NCBI GenBank assembly: GCA_951406725.2
Contig: OX597838.1
Span: 39,742,001-39,806,000, forward strand
DNA length: 64,000 nucleotides
Direction: 5' to 3'
Origin: Octopus vulgaris
Lineage: Eukaryota
Part shown: positions 43,050-55,925 of the stretch, piece after piece
Layout of the letters: every line of letters begins with the position of its first letter
Position numbering within the stretch: the first letter of the stretch is position 1
Notes under the pieces: model-generated
What the model was told of the DNA's origin: nothing
Database searches by the model: none
The model's input: the letters and a program-made list of their open reading frames with translations, nothing else
Program-made: the position numbers and the translations under genes

Positions 43050-44200
43050 GCATAAGAACAGTGCAGACAACATTTGCTCATCGCATCGTAAGACTTCGAC
43101 ATCAGCTACTAAACGGGTAAGAGATGAGAGCATCACGTGTATATTGATCTCCGAATATAATAACATCATGAGATTAGCCGAACTTCTGAATAGCTACTCT
43201 GAGCGTACCACAAATCCATTTGAACAAGGTTAGCTGGACTGACCTACTTGGAGGAGAAATTCTTGGAGAAGAAATATCATATAAGCAGAAAGTTATACTT
43301 GGATCCTATCAGTATCACTGTAAACTTCCAGGCTGTGATAGAAAAGGTTAAGTGTTCCACACCAGTGTGGATGTAATAACCTGTATCATCAGTAGATACC
43401 TGAAGATGTCTGCAAATCATTGCGGTCTTATGAGACATGATGTCGCTAAAATCATTTACAATGCTGTTCGGCGGAAGAACTGTCCTGATAACATTCCCAA
43501 AGGCATATCCAAATCAGAATTTACTCCTTTAAAAATATAGAAAATATTAGGAGCATAGCCCGGCGTTGCTCGGGTTTGTTTTCTTTTCGACCCTTTAGAA
43601 TTGGAATTTTTGGAAAGTAAATATTTTGCATAATGTAGCTTATTATTCTCTTTAAGTGAACATATTACTGGTTGAAATACACCGAAAAATGGCGACACAG
43701 CCGTCAAAAAATCGTAATAAATAGGAATTTTCATAGAAAAAAAGCACCTTTTTTATGTAAATAAATTTTGGTGCTAACATGGTCCAATTTGAATTTTTTC
43801 TTCTACGGAAGAAAGAGCAAGCCTTCTATCATACTATTAACTTCGGTCAACTTGCGCCTCAGGGTCTCGGAGGAGATAGTTTAAGTTGAAGGCTACCAAA
43901 CCTGCCACACACACACAGACAACGTCAGCTTTATATGTATAGATTGATGGAACATTAAAAAAAAGTTGCAGCTCGGCGAGAGCATATTAAGCGAGATATT
44001 GTTCTAACAGACAAAGAGAAAAAAATGGCATGCACTACCGCAGAGATCACGTGCTCAGGCGGTTTGAATGTATCATAGAATTTCAGGTAAAAGGAGAGCC
44101 TCAATGGAGAATAAATGAGAAACTGACATTTGAATTTATAATTGGTGCAACGGGCCACGTAGCATCAAATTCGGAAAAAAACCCCTAGAGAAGCTATATG
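43050..44200 (+). mobile_element. Highly decayed RLE-type LINE, paralogous to ~32950-33520
   Basis: MRHDVAKIIYNAVRRK motif related to 46690-46745. Confidence 0.65.
43547..43943 (-). mobile_element. Non-autonomous Helitron
   Basis: Minus strand starts TC, has a subterminal hairpin cccgagcaacgccggg and a CTAA (CTAG-like) end, and sits between A and T; the empty site is visible at ~33252. Confidence 0.8.
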
Positions 44201-44454
44201 AAATGTGCACACTTACACATACACACACACACATGCTCATAAATAACAATGAAGTTCGTACACTTGTGTACTAATGTGAAGTTCACCAACACAATTAGCA
44301 AAATTTTATGCAAACACATGCATATACACGCAAGCTCATACACAGGGACGCACTCACTAAGCTCTACAGATCTTTCTGCGAGTATCCAAGGGTTATCTTT
44401 ACTTAAACAAAAGAACCCTGTCCCTTCGTTACTGACAGGCTTCAGTTTCGAATC

Positions 44455-44775
44455 AATTTGGGATAGAGAAGAGAAACTGTGGTACAGTTGTGGAAATCAG
44501 CTATCCAGCGGATGTTAAGATAAAGCTAAAGATCAGCGAAAAAGAAAATACCTACGCTGAACTATTGAGTAATCTACAGCTACTTTATCCATATTACAAG
44601 TTCAGTTTTATACCTGTAATTATTAGGGCACTGGGATATGTAACATATTGCCTAAATAACAGGCTTAAGGTATTAGTCTTCTCATAACCAGAAAGGAGAA
44701 AGCTGATTCGAAGACTACAGATCCAAGCCATCACTGGAACGGTAAAAATCAGAGGTTTATCATTCAAGTATAAAA
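44455..44775 (+). repeat. Local duplicate of the LINE 3' coding end at 46877-47195
   Basis: Near-identical, including a shared frame-disrupting lesion (ctgtggtacagtt). Confidence 0.88.
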
Positions 44776-45188
44776 TTTAAAAGAAATCCCAAATAATAAC
44801 ATACATACAAACATGCATACATATATAGGTGATACGAATATACATACATATCTATGTACATGAATACAACACACAAACACAGACATACATACACGCACAC
44901 TCTCTCTCTCACACACACACATATATATTTACATTCAGACGTATATATATACATGATTACAAAGATATAAATATATACACATATTTACACACACACACAT
45001 ATATAGATAGATAGACTGCATAAATATAGTCAATCATACGTACAAACATACACAGATATGTACATAACTACAAACATGCATTCATACATACATGGATACA
45101 CACACATATATACATACATACAAACATACACACATACATACAAACATACATACATACATACATACATACATACATACATACATACATA

Positions 45189-47373
45189 CCGCCAAGACCA
45201 TTGTGAAAATAATAACATCATCACAGCAGAACAGGCAACTTGGAAGAAGGGAGCCTGGGGATATGCCGAGCATCTGTTAATAGACAAAACTGTAATATCA
45301 GAGGTGCAGGAACATAGGAAGAACCTCATTTCAATGTAGCGGGGCTGCAAGAAAGCCTTTGACTCTGTCCTCCACTCATGGATGCTTGAAGTCCTTTGAT
45401 TTGCTAAAGTTACAGTGAGCATAGTCGAAGCTCTGGCTGACATGACTTCATCGTGTGCCACCATCTTGAAGTTAAATACACGGAATGATTGCATTATTAC
45501 TGATAGAATATAGTATCGCAGAGGTAGACTGCAGAGGAACAGCCTCTTTGTGATTTTTTTTAAATACTTTATGGAAACTCTTTGTGATTTATATTAAGGA
45601 TGTATGAAGGATATCTCAAGAAAACAGAAATACCAAAATTACACAGTATTTCCTTGTCGATGGCTTGAAACTTTATGCAAAGAATATACATGAGATGGAA
45701 AAGTGCCTTGAGCTAGTTACAACATTCTCAAAGGAAATAGGGTTGAAGCTTGGTCAAGAGAAATCTTGCAATATGCTGTGAAAACTGTAAAACAGACTAG
45801 CATCTCTATCAATGACTTAACTGTTTCCCCCAGTATCTGACGAAGAATGTTACAGGTACCTTGAGGTGGATGAAAACATATTTTGCGATGGCACTTGTAA
45901 CAAGACACGTAGTCACGAAAGAATATTATAGCCGAATAAAGAAATATGGACCCTGTAACTCTCTGCATTCTATAAACTGTGGCTTACAATGTATTTGCAG
46001 TGTCAATACTCATACCAACATTTGGGCTTCTTGATTAGATGCTTGATGAGATCCGAGCCATTGATATGAAAAATCCGGAAGATACTAACCAGCACATAAT
46101 TTCAACATCAACAGTTAAGTAGACCGCCACTACCTAAAACGAAGGCAAGGGGGAAAAGCTTAACATCAGTCAAGGCTGCCTTTGAGTGCTGTATCATATG
46201 CCTTCGGTAACATCTTTTAACCATTAAGTGTCGAAGTCCATTCCTTGACCAATTTTGCATACATGAAGCTGATAACATCACGAGACTTTGAAAGCAGCTT
46301 CTTGAGCAGCATTGCTTGTTTGATGACCTTAAAATACATGCCCAAAGAAGTTGCACAGTCTACCGCAAAATATCATCAGATGAAAGGATGAGCGTATATC
46401 AGCAGACGACCATGCATTGAAACGTTAGTAGAAGGCTTCGGGATGATAGTAACATAACCATCAAAGCAGTTTATCATGGACCTAAAACCGGATTACTAAC
46501 TCCCACTTTGAAAGGTATGCGTTTGCAATCCCGGAACAAATAAATTTCAACCAAATACATGATGCACAAATGTGACAGAGATGCAGGAAAAGCAGTAAAA
46601 TGTGACAACCGATGTAAAATTTGTGGATTTAACACCAAAGATATCACCCATATCATGTGTAGTTGTCCGAAAATGTCATCACTGTATTATTTACCGATGG
46701 ACATGATGTAGCTAGGACACTGTATAATAAGGTCCGTCGGAAGGATAACCTTGTGGCCAAAAGAAATAAGAACCTACATTATGGAATAAGCACTAAACAC
46801 TCATAATAAAAAGGAGTACTGGTGGAATGTCCCAGTGAAAACCTCAATAAAATGTAGATATAATAGACCTGACATTAATTTGGGATAGAGAAGAGAAACT
46901 GTGGTACAGTTGTGGAAATCAGCTATCCAGCGGATGTTAAGATAAAGCTAAAGATCAGCGAAAAAAGAAAATACCAACGCTGAACTATTGAGTAATCTAC
47001 AGCTACGTTATCCATATTACAAGTTCAGTTTTATACCTGTAATTATTGGGGCACTGGGATATGTAATACATTGCCTAAATAACAGTCTTAAGGTATTAGT
47101 CCTCTCAAAACCAGAAAGGAGAAAGCTGATTCGAAGACTACAGATCCAAGCCATCACTGGAACGGTAAAAATCAGAAGTTTATCATTTAAGTATATATGA
47201 GCAGGTCTAGGCAAGTAAATATATGCATGAGAACGCATACATAAATCAAAACATGGACATCTACATAAATACATATATACAAAAATACCCTGTTGATGTT
47301 GAAATCCACTGATCTAGGTTAGAAACCGATCATTCTCTATTGGCAAGACATCTTCAAATAAAACTGAATAATG
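45189..47373 (+). mobile_element. R4/Dong-related RLE LINE inserted in (CATA)n
   Basis: KKAFDSV.HSW, VDGLKLYA, CDNRCKICG...DITHI.CSC, WWNVPVKT..NRPD, PVIIGALG; (CATA)n on both sides. Confidence 0.88.
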
Positions 47374-47405
47374 AAATACATACATACATATATACATACA
47401 TACAT

Positions 47406-47436
<31 letters not shown>

Positions 47437-48112
47437 AAAATATAGACTGACAGACAGACATATGACGCGCGTGTAGCTGCCATGGTGTGAAAGAGAGTAT
47501 AATATTTATGTCAACATAGATCAAAACTGTTATGTCATAAATTGAGATACTTTGTTCCTTGTTACTACTAACAAGAAATATTGTTATTACTTTACATTAT
47601 AAAGCTAAATACATTCATCTGGTGACATTGTATTTTTGTAATTGTTTCACCGACCTACTATATCACATTTTACCAGCTGGTACCTAGTCTCTGGCATAGG
47701 GCTGTGTTAATAGTAAAGATCAAGGCATTGTTCTTGAACATGTATGGAGAAATATATTAAAAATGATCGAAAAAGCAGCCAGATGTGATGGATGTATCTT
47801 CCACAGCTCAAGTGGGAATCCATCTGTTACGACAAGAGCTCCAGTTGATCCGATCAACGAAATTGCCTGCTCATGAAATTAACGTGCAAGCGCCTGAGCT
47901 CTCCACTGACACACGTACCCTTAACGTAATTTTTAAGGGATATTCAACGTGATACAGAACTTTGAAATACAAATACTACTCATTTTTGCAATGTGAAATA
48001 AAGTGTTTCCCTCAAGGACACAACGCGCAGCCGAGAATAGAAATCATGACCTAACAATCGGGAGCCAGCCACGCACTTTCAAATGGTCCTTTATTTATAT
48101 AGAGGTATATAA

Positions 48113-48525
48113 GGCGGTGAGCTGGCAGAAACGTTAGCGCGCCGGGCGAAATGCTTAGCGGTATTTCGTCTGTGGTTACGTTCTGAGTTCAAATTCCGCC
48201 GAGGTCGACTTTGCCTTTCATCCTTTCGGGGTCGATAAATTAAGTACCAGTTTCGCACTGGGTCGATGTAATCGACTTAATCCGTTTGTCTGTCATTGTT
48301 TGTCTCCTCTGAGTTTAGCCCCTTGTGGGCAATAAAGAAATAGGTATTTCGTCTGTCGTTACGTTCTGAGTTCAAATTCCGCCGAGGTCGACTTTGCCTT
48401 TCATCCTTTCGGGGTCGATAAATAAAGTACCAGTTTCGCACTGGGTCGATATAATCGACTTAATCCGTTTGTGTGTCCTTGTTTGTCCCCTCTATGTTTA
48501 GCCCCTTGTGGGTAGTAAATAAATA
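48113..48525 (+). mobile_element. Nin/Deu-like SINE dimer with TSD (tatatagaggtatat)
   Basis: Full unit plus headless unit; direct repeat at ~48096-48110 and ~48526-48540. Confidence 0.9.
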
Positions 48526-48930
48526 TATATAGAGGTATATTGTGCATATATTCATAAGAACGTGATAGAATAATGCTTCTTTGTTCTTTTTTGTATTTTT
48601 TATGGTTTTATATATTGTTTATGTTTTAGTACAGGCGAGTCAAATTTGCTTCAACTTTAAAGGTGTTGTTACATTATTGTATAGTTGGTTGAGGTGTAGC
48701 TTGTCAACTTTTCACTGCCAGGTGATCAAAATCTTGTAGATGTGGAAACTTGTTTTGAACCAATATTTTAGGTTAAGGAACATTTTACCACTGATATGTA
48801 AATATCCATACATACAGAGGTGCGTATACGTAGATACGCACATGACAAACTCGCGCCGGCGAACGTAAAGAATACAAATACATACAAGTATATATAGGGA
48901 CAAAATGTCTTTGGGTCACATATAGAATAA

Positions 48931-49258
48931 CTGTGGAGGCGCAATAGCCCAGTGGTTAGGGCTGCGAACTCGCGGTCGGAGGATCGCGGTTTCGATTCCC
49001 AGACCGAGCGTTGTGTGTGTTTATTGGGCGAAAACACCTAAAGCTCCACGAGGCTCTGGCAGGGGGGAGGGGCGACTCCTATTGTACTCTTTCGCCCTAA
49101 TTTTTTCTCATTCTTTCTTCCTGTTTCTTGAGTAACGCAGTGATGGACTGGCGTCCCGTCCAGCTGGGGGGGGGGGGCGCATACGCCACAGTAACCGGGA
49201 AACCGGGCCCATGAGCCTGACTAGGCTTGAAAAGGGCGCATAGATAAAGAAAAATAAA
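48931..49258 (+). mobile_element. tRNA-Arg-like (OR-type) SINE, tail type B, TSD tatagaataact
   Basis: Same head as 19701 but the body continues gatggactggcgtcccgtccag...aaaccgg; flanking direct repeats present. Confidence 0.88.
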
Positions 49259-49658
49259 TATAGAATAACTAAAACAGCAGTGAAAGGAGAAAATGACAGA
49301 AATAGGAAGGAGGGAAAGTGAAAAAAATCATGAATGAGTAGAGGTTAACTAGATATGAAAGGAAAATGTAGCATGTAACTGACAAGTCGCAAAGGTTGTG
49401 AAAGTTTGTTCAGATCCAAAATTTTGAATTAAAGAATCTTATGTTGAGGAAATTTGGTGTCCAATGAAATTCTTTTGTGCATGACTACGTTTTCACACAC
49501 AGACACATACATACACAGAGACACACACATGATAATGTTGTCCTACAATTATTCAAGACGGTCATTCAACACTGACCTAAATACCATAATATATTTAATT
49601 CTCACAGAAATATGGTAAAATTGTTTGTGAACATTGTTAGATATATATATATATATAT

Positions 49659-49848
49659 ATATTAATTAGAGACAAAACCACTATTATGCAAATCAAACAA
49701 AGAAAGACTTAATCCAATACATAAAATTTTTATATAAATTAAATATAATTAATCTTAATTATATTTAATTTATATAAATTTTTTATGTATTGGATTAAGT
49801 CTTTCTTTGTTTGATTTGCATAATAGTGGTTTTGTCTCTAATTAATAT
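49659..49848. repeat. Palindrome, 94-bp arms, 2-nt loop
   Basis: 49659-49752 is inverted relative to 49755-49848; the element continues to ~49940 between (TA)n tracts. Confidence 0.95.
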
Positions 49849-49934
49849 TATATTATATTTTACTATAAAATTGGATTCAATCATAAATCTGATTTTTCCC
49901 TGTAAATTTGGATTTATTCCCTAATATTTATTAT

Positions 49935-49997
<63 letters not shown>

Positions 49998-50001
<4 letters not shown>

Positions 50002-50370
50002 AGAGTGGCTGTGTGGTAAGTAGCTTGCTAACCAACCACATGGTTCCGGGTTCAGTCCCACTGCGTGGTATCTTGGGCAAGTGTCTTCTGCTATAGCCCC
50101 GGGCCGACCAATGCCTTGTGAGTGGATTTGGTAGACGGAAACTGAAAGAATACTGTCGTATATATGTATATATATATGTGTTTGTGTTTGTCCCCCTAGC
50201 ATTGCTTGACAACCGATGCTGGTGTGTTTACGTCCCCGTCACTTAGCGGTTCGGCAAAAGAGACCGATAGAATAAGTACTGGGCTTACAAAGAATAAGCC
50301 CCGACTAAAGGCGGTGCTCCAGCATGGGCGCAGTCAAATGACTGAAACAAGTAAAAGAGTAAAGAGAGTA
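49998..50370 (+). mobile_element. SINE family 1, near-full copy
   Basis: Head to tail; reverse-orientation homologue of 42200-42606. Confidence 0.92.
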
Positions 50371-50392
50371 ATATATATATATATATATATAT

Positions 50393-50534
50393 TATATTAT
50401 ATAGAGGGCATTATTACACATAAATGCCGCATAAAATAAACATATCGTACCGAATGTTATTTTAGTAGTTTTGACTTTAAGAGTCCCTCCTAGCGTGCGG
50501 CATTAATGTGTAATAATGGCCTCTATATAATATA
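50393..50534. repeat. Inverted repeat, ~39-bp arms
   Basis: atagagggcattattacaca..tgccgca / tgcggca..tgtgtaataatggcctctat. Confidence 0.85.
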
Positions 50535-50636
50535 AATATATATATTTAAGTGAAAAAAATTTACGGATTTTTTCTCTTATGAGGTTTTTCACGCTAACTA
50601 CTTGATAATTTCTTATGAAGATTTTATCCTATTTTT

Positions 50637-50698
<62 letters not shown>

Positions 50699-50742
50699 AT
50701 GTGTGTGTGTGTGTGTGTATGTTTAAGGCTAAAACCACTAGG

Positions 50743-51206
50743 TGGATAACCATACGCTAGAAGAAGATCACATACGATCTAGCTACAATGAAAGAGTGTT
50801 CTCCAGAGAAAATTCAGCGAACACCAGAACATAAGCGGGCAAGACAGATGAAAATTATATAAAAATCAAGAATTAATCGTATACCGCTTTGAGTCTATTA
50901 CCGAATAAATTACTTACGTAATCTTTCGTCCGCAGACTCGTCCGTACGATCGTTCCAATTCAATATAATTTGCAAAACTAATCATTATCTGCTGCAGAAC
51001 TGTTTCCGGAATTTAGCGCGTCAGAACTTTTGAAAATAACCCCAATGTAACCGGTTGAACTAAGCACGTGTCATGTTTTATATGGACAACTAATGTTTCA
51101 TCTGTCTTGCCCGCTTATGATCTGGTGTTCGCTGAATTTTCTCTGGAGAACATTCTTTCTTTGTAGTTAGATCTTATGTGATCTTCTTCTAGCGTATGGT
51201 TATCCA
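50743..51206. repeat. Inverted repeat, 111-bp arms, 242-bp spacer
   Basis: 50743-50853 is inverted relative to 51096-51206, with a few mismatches. Confidence 0.92.
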
Positions 51207-51560
51207 GCTCTAATAACAGTTAAATAATTATTATTCTCAAATCATCGAATTCCAACGAGTGAATATGCATATGATATCCTATCTTAAATGAACTGTCTGG
51301 TAATCGTAAATAACTGTTACTTGTAAATTCTAATCATGGACATATATGTTACGTTTAGCAGTTTACATATAATAGGGAATTATTCAGATTTAAACATTTT
51401 CAGTGTAGATTATAGCTATAACAATAGTTGTTCATATTACAACAATTCATTAAAGTAGCTACATTCACTGTGGGAATTTTCAGGGTTTTATGATATAGGT
51501 GTGATAGAATAATATAAGTTAATAGTATTTCCGTTAAAATTTTTTATACTGCTTACTTAC

Positions 51561-51784
51561 CATTCGTAATGATGTGAGAGAGATGTCATGGCTTGACTGT
51601 ATAGATACCACAGTCCTTCGCGGTTTTGCCAACCAGCTTCACAAATATTACTTTGCATGTAACACTCTCTCTGTATTCTTGATACAGTCGTTGTCAGTGA
51701 ATTACAGTCGAGAAATTCAGATACATAGGAAGGCGCCAAACCAAACATGAAACAGTATATGATTGTCTTTAACCAGTAGGTTTC
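51561..51784 (-). CDS. STC: Stanniocalcin-family gene, coding exon 3 (224 nt, phase 0 to phase 2)
   Basis: tttcag|G acceptor and ATG|gtaagt donor; only one frame is open. ETYWLKTIIYCFMFGLAPSYVSEFLDCNSLTTTVSRIQRECYMQSNICEAGWQNREGL... aligns to STC1 GKAFVKESLKC...VQEECYSKLNVC....RNPEAI with identical Cys spacing (x15, x13, x6). Confidence 0.92.
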
Positions 51785-51850
51785 CTGAAAGTTTAGACAT
51801 AAATTAGTGAAAGAGAAATTGATATTCAATGGAGAGTTTTCCAGCAATGC

Positions 51851-51917
<67 letters not shown>

Positions 51918-51944
51918 TAATAATCATAATAATAATAATAATAA

Positions 51945-52495
51945 TGCGCTGATGCAGTACCAGACAGTGACTCTCATGGCTTCTGATCTTAACTGATTGG
52001 AAGTATTATCATGTACATTGTTTGTCTTGGTATAAAAGATGGACTACAGCAAATATTCTGCTCAATACCACAGATTTGCTTGTCAGTTGTTTGACCTTAA
52101 CGATTTGACCATGTTCCTTAGTTGCTGATGATATGTGCATCTCTGATCACGAGCAGAAGTAGTGGGGGAGCATCATAGCTGTGTGTTGAAAGGAATTCTT
52201 AGAGGTTTGGATAATTCACCTTTGGAAATATGGGTAGTTCGTTCAACATCCTTAAACAACTCATTCAGAGACCTTTTGGGTGGGATGGGCTACTCGACCA
52301 GAAGAAAATTCTAACTGGGCCCCACCTGCAAGGTCAAGTGCTGTTTATCTTGATGAGATCACCATGTCGCGCACATATGGTTGTGATGCATGTGCCCAGC
52401 GTACCCTTATCAGACGGGTAGTCATGATGGGTATACTGGGCTTCGTATATTTGTACCCCAGTGTCACTTTGATGGCATGCACTGCTCTCTCACTC
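51945..52495 (+). mobile_element. Full-length ~550-bp (TAA)n-associated non-coding retroposon
   Basis: Begins and ends inside (AAT)n; 3' end ctctctcactc(aat)n. Confidence 0.85.
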
Positions 52496-52544
52496 AATAA
52501 TAATAATAATTATAATAATAATAATAATGATAATAATAAAGATG

Positions 52545-53650
52545 ACATAAGGGATTACTGGGAACATGCAAATGCTTTTGTACGCCATTATGTCAAATGT
52601 GGTTGCAGTGAATCCCGATTAAAGGAAATAGCAATTGACATAAATAAGATTAGCAAAGAAAATAAAACTTTCACGCATAATTTTAGCAAACACAATACAA
52701 TGGATGACAGAATTCCTTTAGTGATTAACTGGCACCGAAATATCGCTGTCATTTCAAAAAATGTGGAAAATATCGTCGTTTCAATGAAATATTTCCTCGG
52801 CCGTCTATTGTAGCGTTTAGACGGAATAAAAATATAAGAGAACTATTAATCTCTACTTCTGAGTCCAAGAAAACTAACACTGGATTTTCTGCACGCTTTA
52901 TCTTAAAACACAGCCGCAAGAGAGCTAAGCCCTGTTCATTGTCGAACAACATGAGTCAAGTGGATTCCATCAGAATCACAACAGAGATGTTATGATATAC
53001 ACGGAAGATGGGACGTGTAGAGATTCCCATTTGGTGTACGCAGCAACATGTACGAAACACAATTTGATTTATGTTGGTTGTACAACAGAACAATTAAGCA
53101 AAAGATTCACTGGGCACAGATATGACGTCAAGCACAATAACAGAAGTTCGACAGAACTTGCCGAACATTTTGCATCAAATGGCTATAATTTTGAAACAGC
53201 CTTGCAAATGCATTTTCTCAGAAAATATTCTGAATCCTCTACAATTTCAATACTCACAATGCATGAGGAGAACTATATTTGCGAGTTATTAATGTCATTC
53301 CATGGAGGAATAATTTTATTATATTTACACAAAACTGTTTGCTTAATTCTTCTTCTTTTTCTTTTTCTTTTTCTTTTCATTTTCTCACCTTTCTTTCTTT
53401 TTCTCTTTGCCAGTTGTAAACTTGAAAATTGAAGATTGATGGTGTCATTTCATCAACGTGGGGTCCTGGTTTCCCCCGTTCTTCTTTTGGATTTGAGTTT
53501 CTATAATTTTGAATTTTTATGTATCACTTTTCATTTTGAACTCGAGAAATGCAAGCTACTAGTCAAAATATCCAACCAATAAAATATGAATTGCAATCGC
53601 ATTGCCCTCTTCGTATTGTCTATTTACCTTCGTGAAGAGTTACATCAATC
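52545..53650 (+). mobile_element. Penelope-like element (Neptune-type GIY-YIG), decayed
   Basis: RIPLVI.W, VAFRRNKNIRELLI, TC.DSHLVYAATCTKHNLIYVG.T..L..RF.GH..ELAEHF. Confidence 0.85.
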
Positions 53651-53687
53651 CTTTTAAAATATAATAATAATAATAATGATAATAATA

Positions 53688-55575
53688 GCTGGAAAAAAGC
53701 TAAACGTATAAAAACCCGTGCTAAAACTGCTGCCTTAGATATTCTGGCTAGAAAAACCTCTCAATAGCAAATACCCAAAGAGAGCGAGTAATGCCGATGT
53801 TGACAAAGCTCTTACCCATCAATGGCTAATGACTTTTGGCTTAAAATCAGAAACAGAAGGGTTTATCATAGCAGCCCAAGATCAGTCCTTACCTACGAGG
53901 AACTACCAGGCCAACATATTAAAGCTCCCCATGTACACAACAAAATGAGACTATTGATCATGTTGTCGTGTCTCCATGTGCAGTTTTCTTGTATCTACAG
54001 AGTATCTCAACAGACATGACACAGCTGCACAATATATTCACTGGCTAATTTTCAAAAACCTGGACTTGCCACATAATAAAAACTGGTGGAAACAAAAACC
54101 ACACCCAGTGCTTGAAAAGGATCACATCTCACTCCTCTGGAACTTCACCATTGAAACGTACAGAGAGATAGATGCAAATAGGCCAGACAACTTATTGAAA
54201 GGCTTCAGACAAAAATCATGTCCCAATCGATATAAACGTATCTGTCATGACCTACCAAAAACCGAGCAAGTATAAAGATCTTGAAATAGAAATTAGCAAA
54301 ATGTGGAACCTGAAGGCTAAAACAAGATAATAGGTATCAACATTCTAGCCGTTCCAGTTATAAGTTACAGCTATAATATTCTTAACTAGACTCTAAATGA
54401 ACTAACCAAAATAGACAGGAAAATAAGAAAAATACTGACAGGATCTAGGATGCACCACCCAAAATCTGACATAGAAAGACTATATATACAACGTATAGAA
54501 GGTGGTAGAGACCTTATACAGATGGAAAACTATTATAGAATAACCACTATAGGATTGCAAAAATACTTACTTCAGAAGCAAGGAAAACTGATACAAATAG
54601 CCACAAAACACGAGCAAAACAAAAGACTGTTTTCAGTATTTAAGGAAGCTGACAAATACAAACACAAAATCATACTACCTAACAAATACGAAGAAGAAGA
54701 AGAAACAACAAAAGCTATAAAATAAATGAAATCCAAACTAAAACAGCAATGGACTATGATAAAACGATGGCAAGAAAAGCCCCTTCATGGCAAATACTGG
54801 GCTAAACTAAATGCAAAAGAAATAGACAAAGAAAAATCCCAGCAGTGGTTGAGAAGCTCAGGACGCAAAGCAGAGACTGAAGGATTTTTAATTACAGCAC
54901 AAGACCAAAGCCTCCCCACCATAAATTACCAAAAACATGTAATGAAAAGAAACATAACAAGTAACTGCAGAATATGTGGAGATGGACAAGAAACAATAAA
55001 TCATATTATCTTTGGCTGCCCAGTCCTGACTAAGAAGGAATATATTAACAGACACGACAGAGTTGGAACCTACATACATTGGAAGCTATGCCAACATTAT
55101 GGAATAACAACAGAAAAAAGATGGTATAGGCACACACCAGAAAAGGTCACAGAAAACGAGAAAGCAACCATACTTTGGAATATGCTAATACACACAGATA
55201 GAGAAATTAAGACCAATAAGCCAGATATGGTTGTCAGAGATCATGAATACTAGCAGATGACAACGTGTCTCTAAAAGAAATGGAGAAACTTTCAAAATAC
55301 AAAGATCTGGAAATAGAGGTAACCAGAATGTGGAATATAAAAAACAGAAACAATTCCTATCATAGTAGGCGCATTAGGTATGTTAAAATATATTCAGACA
55401 AATACATAACAAAAACACCAAAAAAGAAAAAAAATATATATATAACATATAGCACTACTAGGCAGAGCACACATCCTACGCAATACATTCTCAATAAAAT
55501 AACCATCAGAGCATCACAGCAAACCACAGCACATATCCAACGCACACAGGAGCTGCACTCGGAAAAATAAAACTA

Positions 55576-55580
<5 letters not shown>
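53688..55580 (+). mobile_element. Two fused R4/Dong fragments (family B 53688-54325, family C 54326-55580)
   Basis: ETEGF..AQDQ, CRICG..ETINHI..GC, RHD, NKPD, KYKDLEIE. Confidence 0.9.
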
Positions 55581-55629
<49 letters not shown>

Positions 55630-55630
<1 letters not shown>

Positions 55631-55847
55631 GTACATGGAACAAATAGGGGCTGCAATAAGGGTCAAGCACTTGTAGAAATCAGCACTGCTTGGAACTACT
55701 TGAATACTCCGGAAGGTGCTCGAAAAATAAGAAGTGTTACCTTAGTTCGCTAGTAGTGAACAGCTGATACCGTAGTACCTTTCCAACGTTAGAAGCTGTG
55801 CAAAGGCAATAAAAGTAATGATGATGATAATGATAATAGTAGTAACA

Positions 55848-55879
<32 letters not shown>

Positions 55880-55885
55880 AATAAT

Positions 55886-55925
<40 letters not shown>

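Noticed and set aside
48768-48929. Alternative STC last exon (YSICDPKT...)
   Set aside because: Wrong spacing to Cys10, low-complexity tail and an acceptor at a SINE junction; 41887-41788 fits exactly.
51557-51847. C-type lectin reading of CEAGWQNREGLWYLYS
   Set aside because: Cys spacing and the in-frame flanking exons fit stanniocalcin far better.
53425-53460. Hammerhead in the Neptune-type element 3' region (TTGAAGA-ttgatg..catcaa)
   Set aside because: The GAAA half of the core is missing.
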